A stretch of DNA of 64,000 nt from the human T2T-CHM13v2.0 reference genome, Homo sapiens. Shown piece by piece: positions 27,666 through 42,608 of this stretch. The notes beneath the pieces were generated by a model. That model made no database searches. It was not told the origin of the DNA and worked only from the letters and a program-made list of their open reading frames with translations. Positions within the stretch are counted from its first letter, which is position 1. The number at the start of each line of letters is the position of its first letter. Made by a program: the position numbers and the translations under genes. Where the stretch lies: NCBI RefSeq assembly GCF_009914755.1, contig NC_060928.1; one strand, written 5' to 3'.

Positions 27666-30177
27666 TTAGAAGAACACATATTATTCTAGAAATCAACCTT
27701 GTCTATATATGAGATGTTCACATTGCATGAAAATTCTTTGCAAGAAAACACAAGCCAGCAGCTATTTTACATGGTAATTTTAGTATCACTATACTTGTTT
27801 TTTTCTGTTTGCATGTTTTTAAACATTTATGATTTTGTTACCTTCTCTTTATGTTTCCCAGAAGTCAACCATGTACAACTCAAACTTTCTTTCTTCCTTA
27901 TTATTATTTCTTAGTAGACTATTGTTTAGATCAATTTTCGGTTCAGAGCATAATTGAGTGGCAGGTACAGAGATTTCCCTTAAATCTTCTGACCCCACAT
28001 TTGCATAGACTATCCCATTATCAATATCCCCTATGAGAGTGGTACAATTTTTATGACTGATGAGCTTACATTGACACATCATTATTACCCAGAGTCCACA
28101 GATAGTTTACATTAGGTTTCATTCATGGTGTGGTACATTATATAGATTTAGACAGATGTATAATGGCATGCATCTACTATTATAGTATACATAATAGTTC
28201 TGGAGCCCTAAAAATCTTCTTTACTCCACCTTTTCATCCCTATCTTCCCTCTAACCCCTGGCAGGCATTGATCTTTTTACTGTCTCTATAGTTTTAACCT
28301 TTTCCAGAATGTCATATAGTTGAAAATCATACAGCCATTTAAGATTGACTTCTTTCACTTAATAATATACATTTAAGTTTCTTCCATGTCTTTTCATGGT
28401 TTGATAACTCATTTCTTTTTGGCACTTAATAATATTTTACTGTCTTTATTTACCACAGTATATTTCACTATCCACCTATTGAAGAATATCTTGTTTCTTC
28501 CAAGATTTGGCAATTGTGAATAAAGCTACTGTAAACATTGGTGTGCACAATTTTGTGTGGACAAAAATTTTCAGCTTTCACTGGTAAATATCAAGCAGCA
28601 TGATTGCTGGGTCTTATGGCAACTGTATGTTTAGTTTCATAAGAAACAAATACACTGTTTTCCAATCAGCTATACCATTTTCCATTCCCACCAGCAATGA
28701 ATGAGAGTTCATGTGGGTCCACATCCTCACCAGCATTTGGTATTGTCAGTGTTTGATATATGGGTAATTGTAATAGGTTTTTAGTGGTATTAACCTGCAT
28801 TTCCCTGATGACATGATGTGGAACGTTTCTTCATATTCTTATTTGCCATCTGTATATCTTCTTTGTTGAGGTGTCTGGTAAGGTCTTCAGCCAATTTTTA
28901 AAATCTGGTTGTTTCTTTATTGTGGAGTTTTAAGAAATCTTTGTAATAGGTAACAGTCGTATATTTGATGTGCCCTTTGCAAATATTTACTCCCAGTCTG
29001 TGGCTCATCTTCTCATTCTTTTGATGCTGTATTTCGCATAGTAGTTTTTAATTTTAATGGAGTCCAGCTCATCAATTATTTCTTTCATGAATCATGCCTT
29101 TGGTGGTGTAGCTAAAAAGTTATTGGCATACCCAAGGTCATCTACGTTTTTAACCATGCTATCTTCTAGGAGTTTTATAGTTTTAGGTCTTAAATTTAGG
29201 TAGGTCTATGATCTATTTTGGGTTAATTTTTGTGAAGGATATAAGGTGTCTAGATTTATTTATTTTTTTATTTGATGTGCAGTTGCTCCAGCACCAGTTA
29301 TTGAAAAGATTATATTTTTTTCAATGTTTTGCCTTTTCTTCTTTGTCAAAGATCAGCTAACTATATTTATGAATGTCTCTTTCTGGATTTTCTACTATCT
29401 TCCATTGATCTATTTGTCTGTTGTTTCATTAGCACACTGTATTTGATACCTGTAGCTTTATACTATCCCTTGAAGTCGGGTAGTGTCCGTGCTTCAACTT
29501 ATTCCTCCTCCTTCAATATTTTGTGGGTCTTTTTGCCTCCTCGTATAAACTTTAAAATCAGTTTGCTATTACTCACAAACCACTTTTGGGGATTTTAATT
29601 GGGATTGTGCCGAATCAAGTTGGGAGGAACTGGCATCTTGGTAATATTGAGTCTTCCTATACACAAACATGGAATAATTCTCCATTAATTTAGTTATTCT
29701 TTGACTTATTTTATCAGAGTTGCATAGTTTTCCTCACGTAAATTTTGCACTTAAGTTATTAGAATTATACCTAAATATTTCATTTTCAGGGTGCTAATGT
29801 AAATAGTATTTTTTTTCAAATTCCATTTGTTTATTGCTGGTATAAAGGGAAGCAATTGACTTTTGTATATTAACTTTGTACCTTGTGACCTATATTCACT
29901 TATTATTTCCAGGAGGGTTTTTTTTTGTCAATTATCTCAGATGTTTTACATAGACAATCATGTCACCTGCAAACAAAGACAGTTTTATTTTTCCTTCCCA
30001 ATCAGTATACCTTTCGTTTCCTTTCTTTGTCGTATTGGCTGAGCTAGGTTTTCTAGTACAATGTTCAAAGAGTGTGGTGAGATGGGACATCCTTGCCTTC
30101 TTCCTGATTCCTGATTTTAGTTGGAAAGCTTCCAGTTTCTCAACATTAAGTATGATGTTAGCTACAGATTTTTATCG

Positions 30178-30481
<304 letters not shown>

Positions 30482-31432
30482 TAGATTTTTTATATTAAGT
30501 TGAGAAAGTCTCAATCTATTCTTAGTTTACTGAAAGTTTTTTTTTTTAATCATGAATGGGAGATGGATTTTTCCAAATTCTTTTATTTACGTCTACTAAT
30601 ATGGTGTGATCTTTCTTCTTTAGCCTGTTGGTATGATGGATCACATTAATCAGTTTTCCAATGATGAGCCAGCATTGCATACTTGAAATAAATTCCACTG
30701 GATCATGGTCTTTTTATACATTGTTGGATTTAATTTCCTAATATTTTGCTGATAATTTTTACATCTTTGTTCATAAGATATATTGGTCTGTAGTTTTTGT
30801 TTTTTGGAATGTCTTTTTCTGGTTTTGGTACTACTAGGAAAATGATGGCCTTATTAAATGAATTAGAAAGTACTCCCTCTGCTTCTATCTTCTAAAAGGG
30901 ATTGTAGAGAATTGCTGTGATTTTTTTCCTTAAATGTTTGTTAGAATTCACCAGTGAACCCACTTGGCCTAGTGATCTTTGTTTTGGAAGGTAATTATTG
31001 ACTGAATTTCTTTAATAGATATAATCCTAATAAGATTGTTTACTTCTTCTTGTGTGAGTTTTGGCAGATTTGGTCTTTCAAAGAACTGCCCCATTTTACT
31101 TATGTTATCAAATATGTAGACATGGAGTTGTTCATAGTATTTCTTTATTATCCTTACAATGTCCATGGTGTCTGAAATGATGTCCCCTCTTTAATTTCTG
31201 ATACTAGCCATTTGAATCCTCTCTTTTTTTTTCTCAGCGTAACTATAGGCGTATTACTCTTATTGATCATTTTAGAGAACCAGCTTTTGGTTTCTTGATT
31301 TTCTCTACTGATTTTCGGTTTACAATTTCATTGATTTCAGCTCTAATTTTTATTGTTTCTTTTGATTACTTTAAATTTTCTAGTTTTTTAAGGTAGAAGC
31401 TTAGATTGATTCTAGATCATTTTTTTCTAAAA

Positions 31433-31771
31433 CAGTAATGGACTACATAACAGTGTTTTAGTCAACAATGGACTATGTATACAAGGATGGTCCCTGTGAT
31501 TATAATACCATATTTTTACTGTACCTTTTCTATGTTTAGATATGCTTAGATACACAAATACCAACCATTGTGTTACAATTGCCTACAGTATTCAGCTCAG
31601 CAATATGCTGTGTAGGTTTGTAGCATAGGAGCAATAGACTGAACTATATAGCTTAGGTGTTTAGTAGGCTAGACCATATAAGTTTGTGAAGATACATTCT
31701 ATAACATTCACACAAAATTACCTAAAGATGCATTTCTCACAATGTATCCCCGTCATTGTTATACATGACTG
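31433..31771 (+). mobile_element. Tigger3a DNA transposon nested in L1MC
   Basis: cagtaatg...tttttactgtaccttttctatgtttagata...ttgtgttacaattgcctacagtattcag...catgactg followed by TA. Confidence 0.9.
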
Positions 31772-34700
31772 TACATGCATTCAGTGATATAGATTTTCTT
31801 ATAAGCACTGCTTTTGCTGCATCTCACAAATTTTGACAAGCTGTGTTCTCATTTTCTTTTACTTCAAAATCTTTTAAAATTTTTCTTGAAATTTCTTCTT
31901 TGACCCATGTGTTATTGAGAAGTGTGTTGTTAATCTCCAAACATTTTGGGGTTTTCTAGCTATCTTTCTATTATTGATTTCTAGTTTAATTCCACTATAG
32001 TCTGAGATCAGACACTATATGATTTTTTTTTTCCTTAAATTCTGTACGGTGTGTTTTATGCCCCAGAATGTGACCTATCTTGGTTACTGTTCCATGCAAC
32101 CTTGAGAAGACGGTGTATTATGCTGTTGTTTGATGACGTAGTCCTATAGATGTCCATTATATCCATTTGACTGATGGTGTAGTTGAGCTCAACTATGTCT
32201 TTACTGCTTTTCTCCCTGATGAATCTGTCCATTTCTGATAGTTGGGTGTTAAATTTTCAATTACAATACTGGATTAATCTATTTCTCTTTGAAGTTCTAT
32301 CGTTTTTGCCTTCAGTATTTGCACATACATACTAAAAATTGTTATGTCTTCTTAAAAAATTAATCACTATTTTATTATTTAATGCCCCTTGTAATCCCTG
32401 AATAACTTTCTTTGTTCTGAAGCCTGCTCTGTCTGAAGTTAATATATCTACTGCCACATTCTTTTGACTAGTGTTAGAATGATTTATCTTTCTCCGTTTA
32501 TTTATTTTTAATCTATATGCGTCTTTATATTTGAAGTGAATTTCTTGTAGACGACATATAGTTGGGGCTTGTTTTTTTATCCACTCTGACAATCTCTATC
32601 TTCTACTTGATGTACTTAGACTATTGAAATTTAATGTGATCACTGATATAGCCAAAATAATATGTGCCATATTAGTAATGCTTTTTGTTACCTATTTTCT
32701 TTGTTTCTATTTTTGTCTTTCAATTTTTTTTTTGCCTTTTCTGGTTTTAGTTAAGCATTGCATATCATTGTATTTTCTCTCTTATAGCATTTTTCCTCCC
32801 CCTTCCACTCCTTCTCTTCTTTTCTTCTTCCTTTTTTCTTCTTCTTCATTTTTTTAGTGACTGTAATAGAGTTTCCAATATACATTTACAATTAATCCAA
32901 GTCCATTTGCAAATAGCATTATACTGCTTCATGCGTAGTGCAAATATCTTTTAAGAAAAGAAATCCTAATTTCTCCTTCCAATGTTTGTGTTATTTCAGT
33001 CATTTACTAGACTTATATGTAAGCATACATATGTGACACATATATGAAACATACAAATATGATTACATATATGACTAAATACTTTGTTGCTATCATTATT
33101 TTGGACCAACTGTTATGTGTTAGATTAACTAAGAATTGAAAAATACATTTTAATTTTACACACTTATTTTTTTCTCAAATTATGTTCATTTCTTTATGTA
33201 GAATCAAGTTTATGACCTGCATTATTTTCCTTCTGTTTAAAAAAATTTTTTCGCACATGTCTAGTAAGGCAAGTCACTGGCAACAAATTCCCTCCATTTT
33301 TGCTTTTCTAACAAAGTCTTTATTTCTTCTTCATAGTTAAAGGATATTTCTCACAGTACAGAATTATAGGTTGGTGCTTTTTGTCTGAACATTTTAGATA
33401 TTTCACTTTGTTCTCTCCTTGCTTGCATGTTTTCTGAAGAGAAATCAAATGTAATTCTTATCTTTGCTCCTCTGTTTCCCCCTATAACTTATTTCAGAAT
33501 TTTTTAAATTTTGTTTTTTGTAGTTTGAATATGATGTGCGTAGGTGTAATTTTGGGGGAGATTTATCCTCCTTGATATTCTCTGAGGTTCCTGGATCTCT
33601 GGTTTGGTGTTTGACATTAATTTGCGGAAATTATCTGTCATAATTGCTTCAAATACTTATTCTCTTCGTTTCTCTCTTTCTCTCTTTTTGATATTTTCAT
33701 TAACCATGATTACACTTTTGGTATTTATTCCGTAGTTCTTGGATATTCTGGATTTTTCTTTTCAGTCTCTTTTTTTCTTGGCTTTTTAGTTTTGAAGATT
33801 TCACTGAGATATTTTCAAGCTCAGAGATTTTCCCCTTATCTGCATCCAAGCTACTCATGAGCCCATCAAGAGAATTCTTCATTTTTGTTACAGTGTTTTT
33901 GGTCTTCAGCATTTCTTTTTGATTTTTCTTAGAATTTCCATCTCTTATATTCTACAACATTACATCTATTTACATTGCCTATATGTTCTTGCTTGCTGCC
34001 TAGTTTAACTGGTAGATTCCTTAGCATGTTACAGTTGTCTAAAACTATTGTTCTGAAATTTCCACATCCCTGCCATCTCTGAACCTTGTTCTGATGATTG
34101 ATTTTGAAACTGTGTTTTCTGCCTTTTAGTATGCCTTGTATGCTTCGTAATTTTTTCTTGGCAGCCAGATATGATTACTGGATAAAAGGAACTACTGTAA
34201 ATAAGTTCCAATAAGCCCCCTTCAGGTTAGGCTAGTTAAATATTTTCTCTCGAGGACAGAACTTGTTAAGAAAAACAGATTCTCTGGCATATTTCAAAAT
34301 AATTACTTTTCCTCTCCCACTGAAGATAGCAGAGAGAATTATTTTTCTCCAGTATTCACTGTAAAAACCTGGTCAAGCTTCTGGAGGTAAAAGTTACAGA
34401 AGTGTGGGGGGCCTTATGACTGGGTTTCCCTGGAGTTTCTGAATTTCAGACTTGTCTACTGAGCCTGTAGCAATTTGTCAAGTACAGTTCAGTTTTTCCT
34501 ACCTGAGCACTGATTCCCACGGAGATTTCTGCTTGGGAGGTTTCTGTTCCAGTAAGTTGTAATTATTTGTATTTGCATTTCTAGCTCCAATTTTGAGGGC
34601 AGAGGTATGCCCTGTGACTTCACTTCTCCTAGAGCTCTAACAAAAGTTGTTGATTGTTTAGTTTGTTCAGCTTTTTAATTGTTAGAATGGAGTTGCGACT

Positions 34701-37700
34701 GCCAAGGTCCTTAAATGCTAGACCAGAAACTGTAAGTCTCTGGATTGATTTACAATAAAGAAAAATAAAGGAGAAATAAAGAAAAAGCAACATAGGCACT
34801 ATTTTTAATAGTGAATCACTTGTGATCTGAACTCTGGCTTCTTATTTTTAACCCTCCAATATCTGGTAATCTCTAGATTTTTGACATGCATAGGAATTTT
34901 TACTTCAGTTATAGATATCAAAAGTAGAAGCCAATTGAATGAATAAAATTCTGCAAGGCTTAGTTTGGGATTTCTTTGAGGTTGTCATTATATACCTATT
35001 ATATTCAAGCTTTTAAAAATGTTAGCCCTGATGTCACATGCCTTTCACAATAATATTGACTTACATGTAAAAAAGTTTGCCCTTTCATTAATGCAGTTAT
35101 TAGAAAAAAGGGTAAGAAGTATGAAAGTGATCTCTCAATTCATAAAGTGCTATCCTTTTCCATATTAATTATCTCTTAGTGGCAGTATTTTTGACCATGA
35201 AATAATCACTATTTCCCACTCAAGCAATATACATTTTTTAACTACCACATACATCATAAATTTCTCATTCATTTTTCCTTTCACAACTAACAGAATAATT
35301 ATCAAAAATGTGAAGAAATTTGAAACATCAGAATGATAAGCAAGGTACAGAAAGAGAAAATTTTACACGATATTCTTGTTCTTTTACTCTAGAATTATAC
35401 GTTATTATTAGTAATGTAATTGATATTATTCTCATTAATAACCTAAACTAACAAAATAATTTTAGCACCAATAATACATGTTCTCTTTATTTGCTTATGA
35501 TACCAGATTGCTTAAAAGTCATAGAATAGAAAGAAGAATAAAAATGTGTGTTTTTATGCCTGAAACTTATTTTTGACAATGTTTATCCAATTGTTTTTGT
35601 TGCATAGATACTAGAAATAGCTGAATGTTATATGGATTTTTTTAGAATGATTATATCAATATTTCTAAAATATTTGACAGAAAGAATGTTGTGTAATTTG
35701 TAGAGTTTTTTTTACAGGGAATAAGAGGTATCAATTGTTAATAGCAATAATATTAAATATACACAAATCCAAGTAGATTGATAGGCATGTCATATCTATA
35801 TTCTCTTCTCTAATTACTGTAGGCCACACTTGTGCTATAGAAATTCTTCCCATAATTAAACAGTTTTGTGACATTGTTATTCTTGCCTATCCATACAATC
35901 CACAATTAAAGACTGGAAAAGACCTCAAAGGGAATATTTTCCTTCTTTGGTAATGGATTATTGAGTTAAAAATTTTTACATAGTATTGAAGTTATTTTGC
36001 CTACAGCATCAAACCAGGCTGAAAAATGAAAGACAGATGAGCAAACAAACAAACAAAAGACAGCCTGTAATGATTTGTTTGAATCCTCTTTCTTCATCTA
36101 CCCTGTCAAAAATTTAGTTGCAGCATAAAAATTATTCCTTTTTTTTTTTTTTCTGCAACAAATCAGTGTGTGGTATGTGGGTAGCCTCAACCTAGTTAAT
36201 ATACTGCCCTATAAAATCCCTAAATTATGTATTCCCTGGACCAGTTCATTGCTAATTGGTGGAAATAAAGCTTGTTAAGTGGCTTATCCATCTTGGATAG
36301 AATTACACAAATAATATTTAGCTTCACACAAATTGAACCTCTCTGTGATATGTTAATGGGGATTTCTTAACAATTTATAAGCTACACACAGAGAGGACAA
36401 TCTGATTTTTTAATCCACACAATTTTAAGTGTAGATAAAGGGTTTTATTTGATATAGAGTAAAAACAGAGTTCTGTTTTTAAAAAAATTTAGTTATAAAA
36501 ACTAGTGAATTTGAAATATAAAAATATAAGTTATTTGCTTTTCATGACTTTGTTTTTGTCAAGCTGATTTCAATAGCAACATTTTAAAAACTACTTGCAA
36601 ATGATAATTAATTAACATCTATTTTGAAGTCTTACTATGTGTAAATAAACCTTAAAATTCATTTTATTCACTATTCAGTCAATTCAGTAGAGATTATTAT
36701 ATTTTCAAATTAACCATTATCCAATTAATTTTGAATGATAAACAGCACAGTTGGAATACTGTTCTTTTTCATTTACTTCATTAAAGATTCATTTTAGGTA
36801 ATCAGAGAATTTTGTATCAGCTGTTTTTTACCTTAAAGGTTTGTTTCTGACACTTTAATAAATTGTTCTGTAGTCTGTGCTGGAAGGTAACTGAATTTTT
36901 TTTGCTCAACAGCCCTCTCTTTGACACATGTTCATTTATTACTATTTCTTCCATCAGCTGACTCACTTGAGGCTAATTCTGATGAAGTGCTTTCAAACAA
37001 GGACCACTATTGGTTTACATTAACGAGGAAGTGGTGGAACGGCAGCTTCAGAACAGGAGAAATTAGAAAAAGAAAAATGATGAACCTTGGGATCAATTTT
37101 TCTATGAGTCATAACATAATTAACTATAAAATACGAAGCTGAAAAGTATTATTCTCAGTAGACTGATATTTTGCCTCATTTAGGAATTCTATATTAAAAA
37201 AACAAGGGAGAAAGATTGAAAAGAAAGATAGACTTAGTCATATTTAGAAAGAAAAATTGTGCAGAAAAGCTTGAGTTAGGAAGAAACAGATTTAATCATA
37301 TATCTGGAGTTGGATGATAAAAGTCCCTTCTAGTTTTATGTTTGCACTCTAATTTTTCTATCATGTTATCTTCTCTAGCGGCATTTTTTTTTGTTATGAA
37401 AGGAGATATTCGGGGGAGATTATTCCATAGATAAGCATTCTCTAGTAACATACTGTTCACTAAGAATGTAATCTTCAAACTTCCATGCTGTAAACATAAA
37501 GTTTTGGTTAACCCATTCTGTCTCTCTAGTTCAGTTAATTTCGCAGGCCTACCACCAACTCAAAATATATAAAATATTTTACTTCTCAAATTTCCCTATA
37601 TTTATTGAAGAACGATAAAACCATGAACCATCTTTTTTACCTCTCTGGTTTTAGGTCTTTCAGTTTTAAAAATATGTACATCTTAAGAGATATAGCTTAT

Positions 37701-37705
37701 ATATC

Positions 37706-37783
37706 TTGTCTACATAAATATCATTATAAATATATCTCTTAAAACATATGAAGATATATTTATAATGATCTTTTTGTAGACAA
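37706..37783. repeat. AT-rich inverted repeat (32-bp arms, 14-nt loop)
   Basis: 37706-37737 against the reverse complement of 37752-37783: 30/32 identical. Confidence 0.9.
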
Positions 37784-38314
37784 AAGCCATGCCTCCAATC
37801 AACTTGGACTTAAAGGTATCTAGATCCAGCTCTTCTGAAGGGACCATGGTGTATTTATTTTTCACAATTAAGCCTGTTTGTCAAGATTGGACTCTTTTGC
37901 ACATTTTTATAACATTTGGCTTTTAATAAATAAAAGCAATAACTCTATGTTCTTTTAGATTCATGATTATATTTTCTTCAAAACTGTATCTTAATTTGAC
38001 ATAAAAGAAGTACTAACTCAGCTTAATCTAGTGGGAAAGTACATTAGAATTAGGGAAATGAAAACTAATATTTCCCAGATATGATCCTAACTAGCTATAG
38101 CACATTGGTAAATTATTTACCCCTGACAATCAAATTTTCTGAAACTCAGGGAAATAAAGCCGAGGCAGTGATATATGTCCTCACTGTTTTAATTAGTTAT
38201 TTTGCTTTAAAGTCACATCTCATGCTTGTCCTTGGATTCACTGTAGATGGAGAAAATACATCTGGCCCAGAATAAGGGCACAAGCTTCTGCTCTTGAGGG
38301 CCTGCCCTCACAAT

Positions 38315-38510
38315 ATGGCTCTGACATTTACTAAATGTCTAGCTGTCAACACATTGCTTAACCTCACTACATTTCAGTTTATCCGTCTATTTAAAAATAC
38401 GGTAAATAATAATACCTCTCTCATAAGGTTGTGAAGATTTAATTACCTTAATACATGCAAAAAAGTTACAGCAACTTCTAGCACATAGGAAAGTTCTTAA
38501 TAAATGTTAT
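38315..38510 (+). mobile_element. MIR
   Basis: ggctctgacatttacta...ttgcttaacctc...ataataatacctctctcataaggttgtgaagatttaa...gcacataggaaagttcttaataaatgtta. Confidence 0.8.
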
Positions 38511-38519
38511 GATTTTAAA

Positions 38520-39060
38520 TTGTATTTAACAAATGTATTTATAAGCAATAAGCCACATTGTTGAAGCAAAAATCAATCTAATATGCACACTTAAACCCCA
38601 AGCTGCTTGCTATCTAAACAGGAGACAGATAAGCTAACAGGTGTTTTCCATATGTTATGATAGGGGATCAGTTACAAGTTTATACAAGCTAACATGGAAG
38701 CTTAGGGGAGAGGTAACTACCTCAACTTGGGGTGGGGGTGGTCAAAAAGTTTTCAAAGAGGAGGTTGTACTTGAAATGAGTGTGGAAGAGGAGAAAGAAA
38801 AAAGAGGGCCAAAGAGAGGGTCCTAACTTATAGGCATGAGAAAAAAAGGCTTTATTGGGAAGAAGCCAACATCAATATTATTGGACGTTAAAGTCTTCCT
38901 GTTGGTGTGAGACTAACTAGAGTCAGATTGTGAAGAAACGTGGAGCTATACTGAGAAGTTTAGACTTTCTCTTAAAGGAAAATCATTTAATATTTTGAGA
39001 GCAGTAACTTGAAAAGATTTTTGGCTTAACAAAATATATCCCTGGTGGCAGTGTTAAAAG
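38520..39060 (-). mobile_element. L2 fragment
   Basis: ggagacagataag...tcaaagaggaggttgtacttgaaatgag...cagattgtgaag...gagaagtttagactttctctta...cctggtggcagtgt. Confidence 0.6.
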
Positions 39061-40385
39061 GTGAACAAAGTGAGCAATATTGGTAAGAAATATTCAACAA
39101 CAGAGGAATGATCAAGTGAATATTACCAAAGACACATTTTTATCTATAATATAATCATGTATAGGGCAATATAAATAAATTCTGACATCAGGGGAAAATC
39201 CCAATGCTATCATACTAAGTTAAAAAGCTAAGATATAAATGAATTATCTGGTGGTACATATATTTAAAGTACTTTCTAGTACTTTAAAATAAAATGTTAC
39301 TTGTGGCAGGAGTTATGTGAATTTTATTATCTACTTTTATTTTTCTTTATTTTCACATTGTCCTCAATAAGCATGCATTTATTATCTTTGTTACCAGAAT
39401 AATATATACTTTTAAACATTTTAAATCATATCAGTCGAATTTAATTCTGGTGAGTTTCTCTCTTCTCCTCTGGAACAGTAAAAACAATGTTGACTTACTT
39501 TTTAATTATGTAGAGTTTGTTAGATATAAAATGCTTGGCCCTTCCATTTTTATGTGATATGATATGATATGAAAAGTCATTTTACTGATTAGCAGCTGCA
39601 GGGCACTTGGGTGGTTTGAATTATGAATTATATTTGAGTTTTAAACAATTTTTTGGTTATAAAAGGTTAAATTTTCCTCGCTTGTCTCAGAAAGGAGACT
39701 AAAAAATTGAGTAAAATCAAGAAACGTGTTAGCACACATATATACACGTACACACGGGAGACTTTCAAAGCTTTTTTCTTAAACTGATGAATTAATGTTA
39801 ACTAAGCCTTATTAAGTCCATACTTTAAATATTCTAAAAGAATTTTGATTTAACATTTTCTACTTTCATAATTATAGTAAGGAAAATAAACCGTAAATTG
39901 GAATATATATATTTAGAATTTGTTTAATTAACTAACATGAAATGTGTGCCAATATTATCAGTTATAAAGACATACAGAAATTTTACGAAAAATATGTTTC
40001 AAGTAAAACACATGAAGTAGAACAAATCTTTTTCTACTACCTTGATATAATGCCTCCTATCCACATCTTAATTAAAACAGTATGGTGATTTCATCAAAAT
40101 TCTATAAATTGAAATACATCTCTACATTTATTATTATTTTTAAAATTCATTTATCAAAAATTATCTCCTCCTATTCTGGAAAATTTTTCAATATAAAGTA
40201 GAGTAAATAATGACCAAGATAATTAAAAAGTTAATGTTTTCTCATGACGATGACGATGATGATAGATAAAGCATATTGAGGATGTGTGGGTTGTTTGGTA
40301 ATTAATTACATGTATGATGACTTGGTATCAAGGTTACAGGTCTTAAAATCTCAACTACTGAGACTTCTTAGAAAGCTAAATTATT

Positions 40386-40695
<310 letters not shown>

Positions 40696-41599
40696 AGAAA
40701 GCTAAATTATTAATATAGATTAATTCAATGGCCATTCAGGGATTTATAAATTAAGATATCATCGGTTTCCTTGGGCAAACACTTATTGGTTAATAAAGAC
40801 AATTTTATGGATTAGTATGACATTAAAAGTCTATTGATATGAGTAGCAAGATATGTTATTTAAATGCCAGAAGAATTGCTAATATCTCATTTGAAATGTA
40901 AATTTTATTTTTAATTTTGACTTCTACAGAGCTCTTCTGGGTTGGCATAAGGAATTATTTCTGAACAGATAATTATTTGGCTATTGTAAGGGGATGGTAT
41001 TTAGAGCTGTATTTATTAGCTTATCTTGTCTGTTAAACATTTATGAGCTAGTTCTTTATCATCCAAAACGCCAAGGGAGCAAGAAAGATGAGCTGGAAAA
41101 AAGATACTATGAGACTTGTGGACACTGAAGAGATATGATCACAGGTTGGATTCTGTCTCAGGATGTTTTAAATATGTCAGAGCACATTCTCTCAAGATCC
41201 ACTCAAGAGCTTGATGAAGGAATAGGGGGAAAATTAAAGGTATTCAATGAGGCATAAACTGCAGTAGGTGAGCAAAAAAGTAAAGCTCATCTCATTCATT
41301 CATCTCCTCAATTTCTCAGAATTACCATTTCAGGAAATGTACATCTCTATTAAGGAGAAAAAAGAGCCTTAAAACATCATAATATTTCAATCTTATGACA
41401 GTCATTCTAGAGAACAGGTGTCTGTGTGCCTGTGTGTATGTGTGTCTGTGTGTATAACAGTAGTAGCTCATTCTTTGTCCTAGAGAAAATGAGAACTTTT
41501 TTCCTTGAAATTACTAACAAGAAATAGCAGTGTCTGAATAATATTTCTACATATGCAAGATAAATTTATGTTTTTGAAATGTGTTCTTTTTCTCTGCAG

Positions 41600-42608
41600 A
41601 TATATCATTCAGTCCTGTAATTTTATATGCCATCTAGATGCCAATACATCTCATTGTTATGTAGCACTTGAACTACAGACTCATCTAGCCAAATGACTAA
41701 CGTGTTAGATGCCTAAAATTTATTTCAAAATCAGCATATCAATCCATGTACCCTTACTAGGCCCTTCTCCAAACTGATCATCTCCCAGTATTCCACATCT
41801 TAGTAAACATGCTTTCACTCACCTGCTCTTCAGGCTAAAATATTTGATACATCATTGACTCCTTTTTCTTTTACACTTCACATCTAATCCATCAGAAATT
41901 AAAACATATCCCATAGTCAATTGTTTCTCATTATCTCCATTATTACTGCCTAGCTGAAGCATTAATTTCTGCTTTGCAATAGCCTCCTAATTGGTATCTT
42001 TGTTCTACACTTGCTGACTACTGATTCTTCTCCATTCACTAATCAGATTGTTTTAAAACGTAATCTGATTGAATCAGATCCCTAGTCAAAAACCTTCCAG
42101 TGGCTCACATCTCACTTATGTGAATAAAAAGGCTTTATAAGAACACATTAAAAAATATAAACAGTAAAACAGTTCTTTCCATGGCCTAGTTCGCATTGCG
42201 TGACTTAGTCTTGATTCTTTGCTGATTTTATTTCCAACCACTTCTTTTGCTCAGTGTGCCTCAGCCAACCAGACCTCTGGAGGTTTCTTAAACATGCCAA
42301 ACAATTCTACCCCAGAGCTTATGCCAATTGCTACTCTTTGTAACAGGAGCACTCTTCTTTTATATGGCCACATTAATGAATGCCTCATTACTTAGCTGTC
42401 TGCCAAACATTACCTCATCACAGAGGCCTGCCATGCTAATATATGTAACTCCCATTTATTGACAAAAATAACTCTATTTCTTTATTTTTTGTCACTCCCC
42501 CTTATAATATAATCTCATGAAAGCATGGATATTTTTTCTTATGTCTCTGTACCTAGGGCCTACTTGGAAGAAAATCCATGCTCAGTAAAAACTGTAGAAC
42601 AACTGAAC
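41600..42608 (+). mobile_element. L2 (L2a-like) fragment
   Basis: ttgaactacagactc...caggctaaaatatttgatacatcattgactcc...acatctaatccatcagaaa...tgcaatagcctcctaattggt...aaaccttccagtggctc. Confidence 0.8.

Noticed and set aside
39262-39287. Small palindromes (tttaaagtact..agtactttaaa; also ~36461, ~42041, ~56165-56215)
   Set aside because: Arms of 11 bp or less in very AT-rich DNA are near chance expectation.
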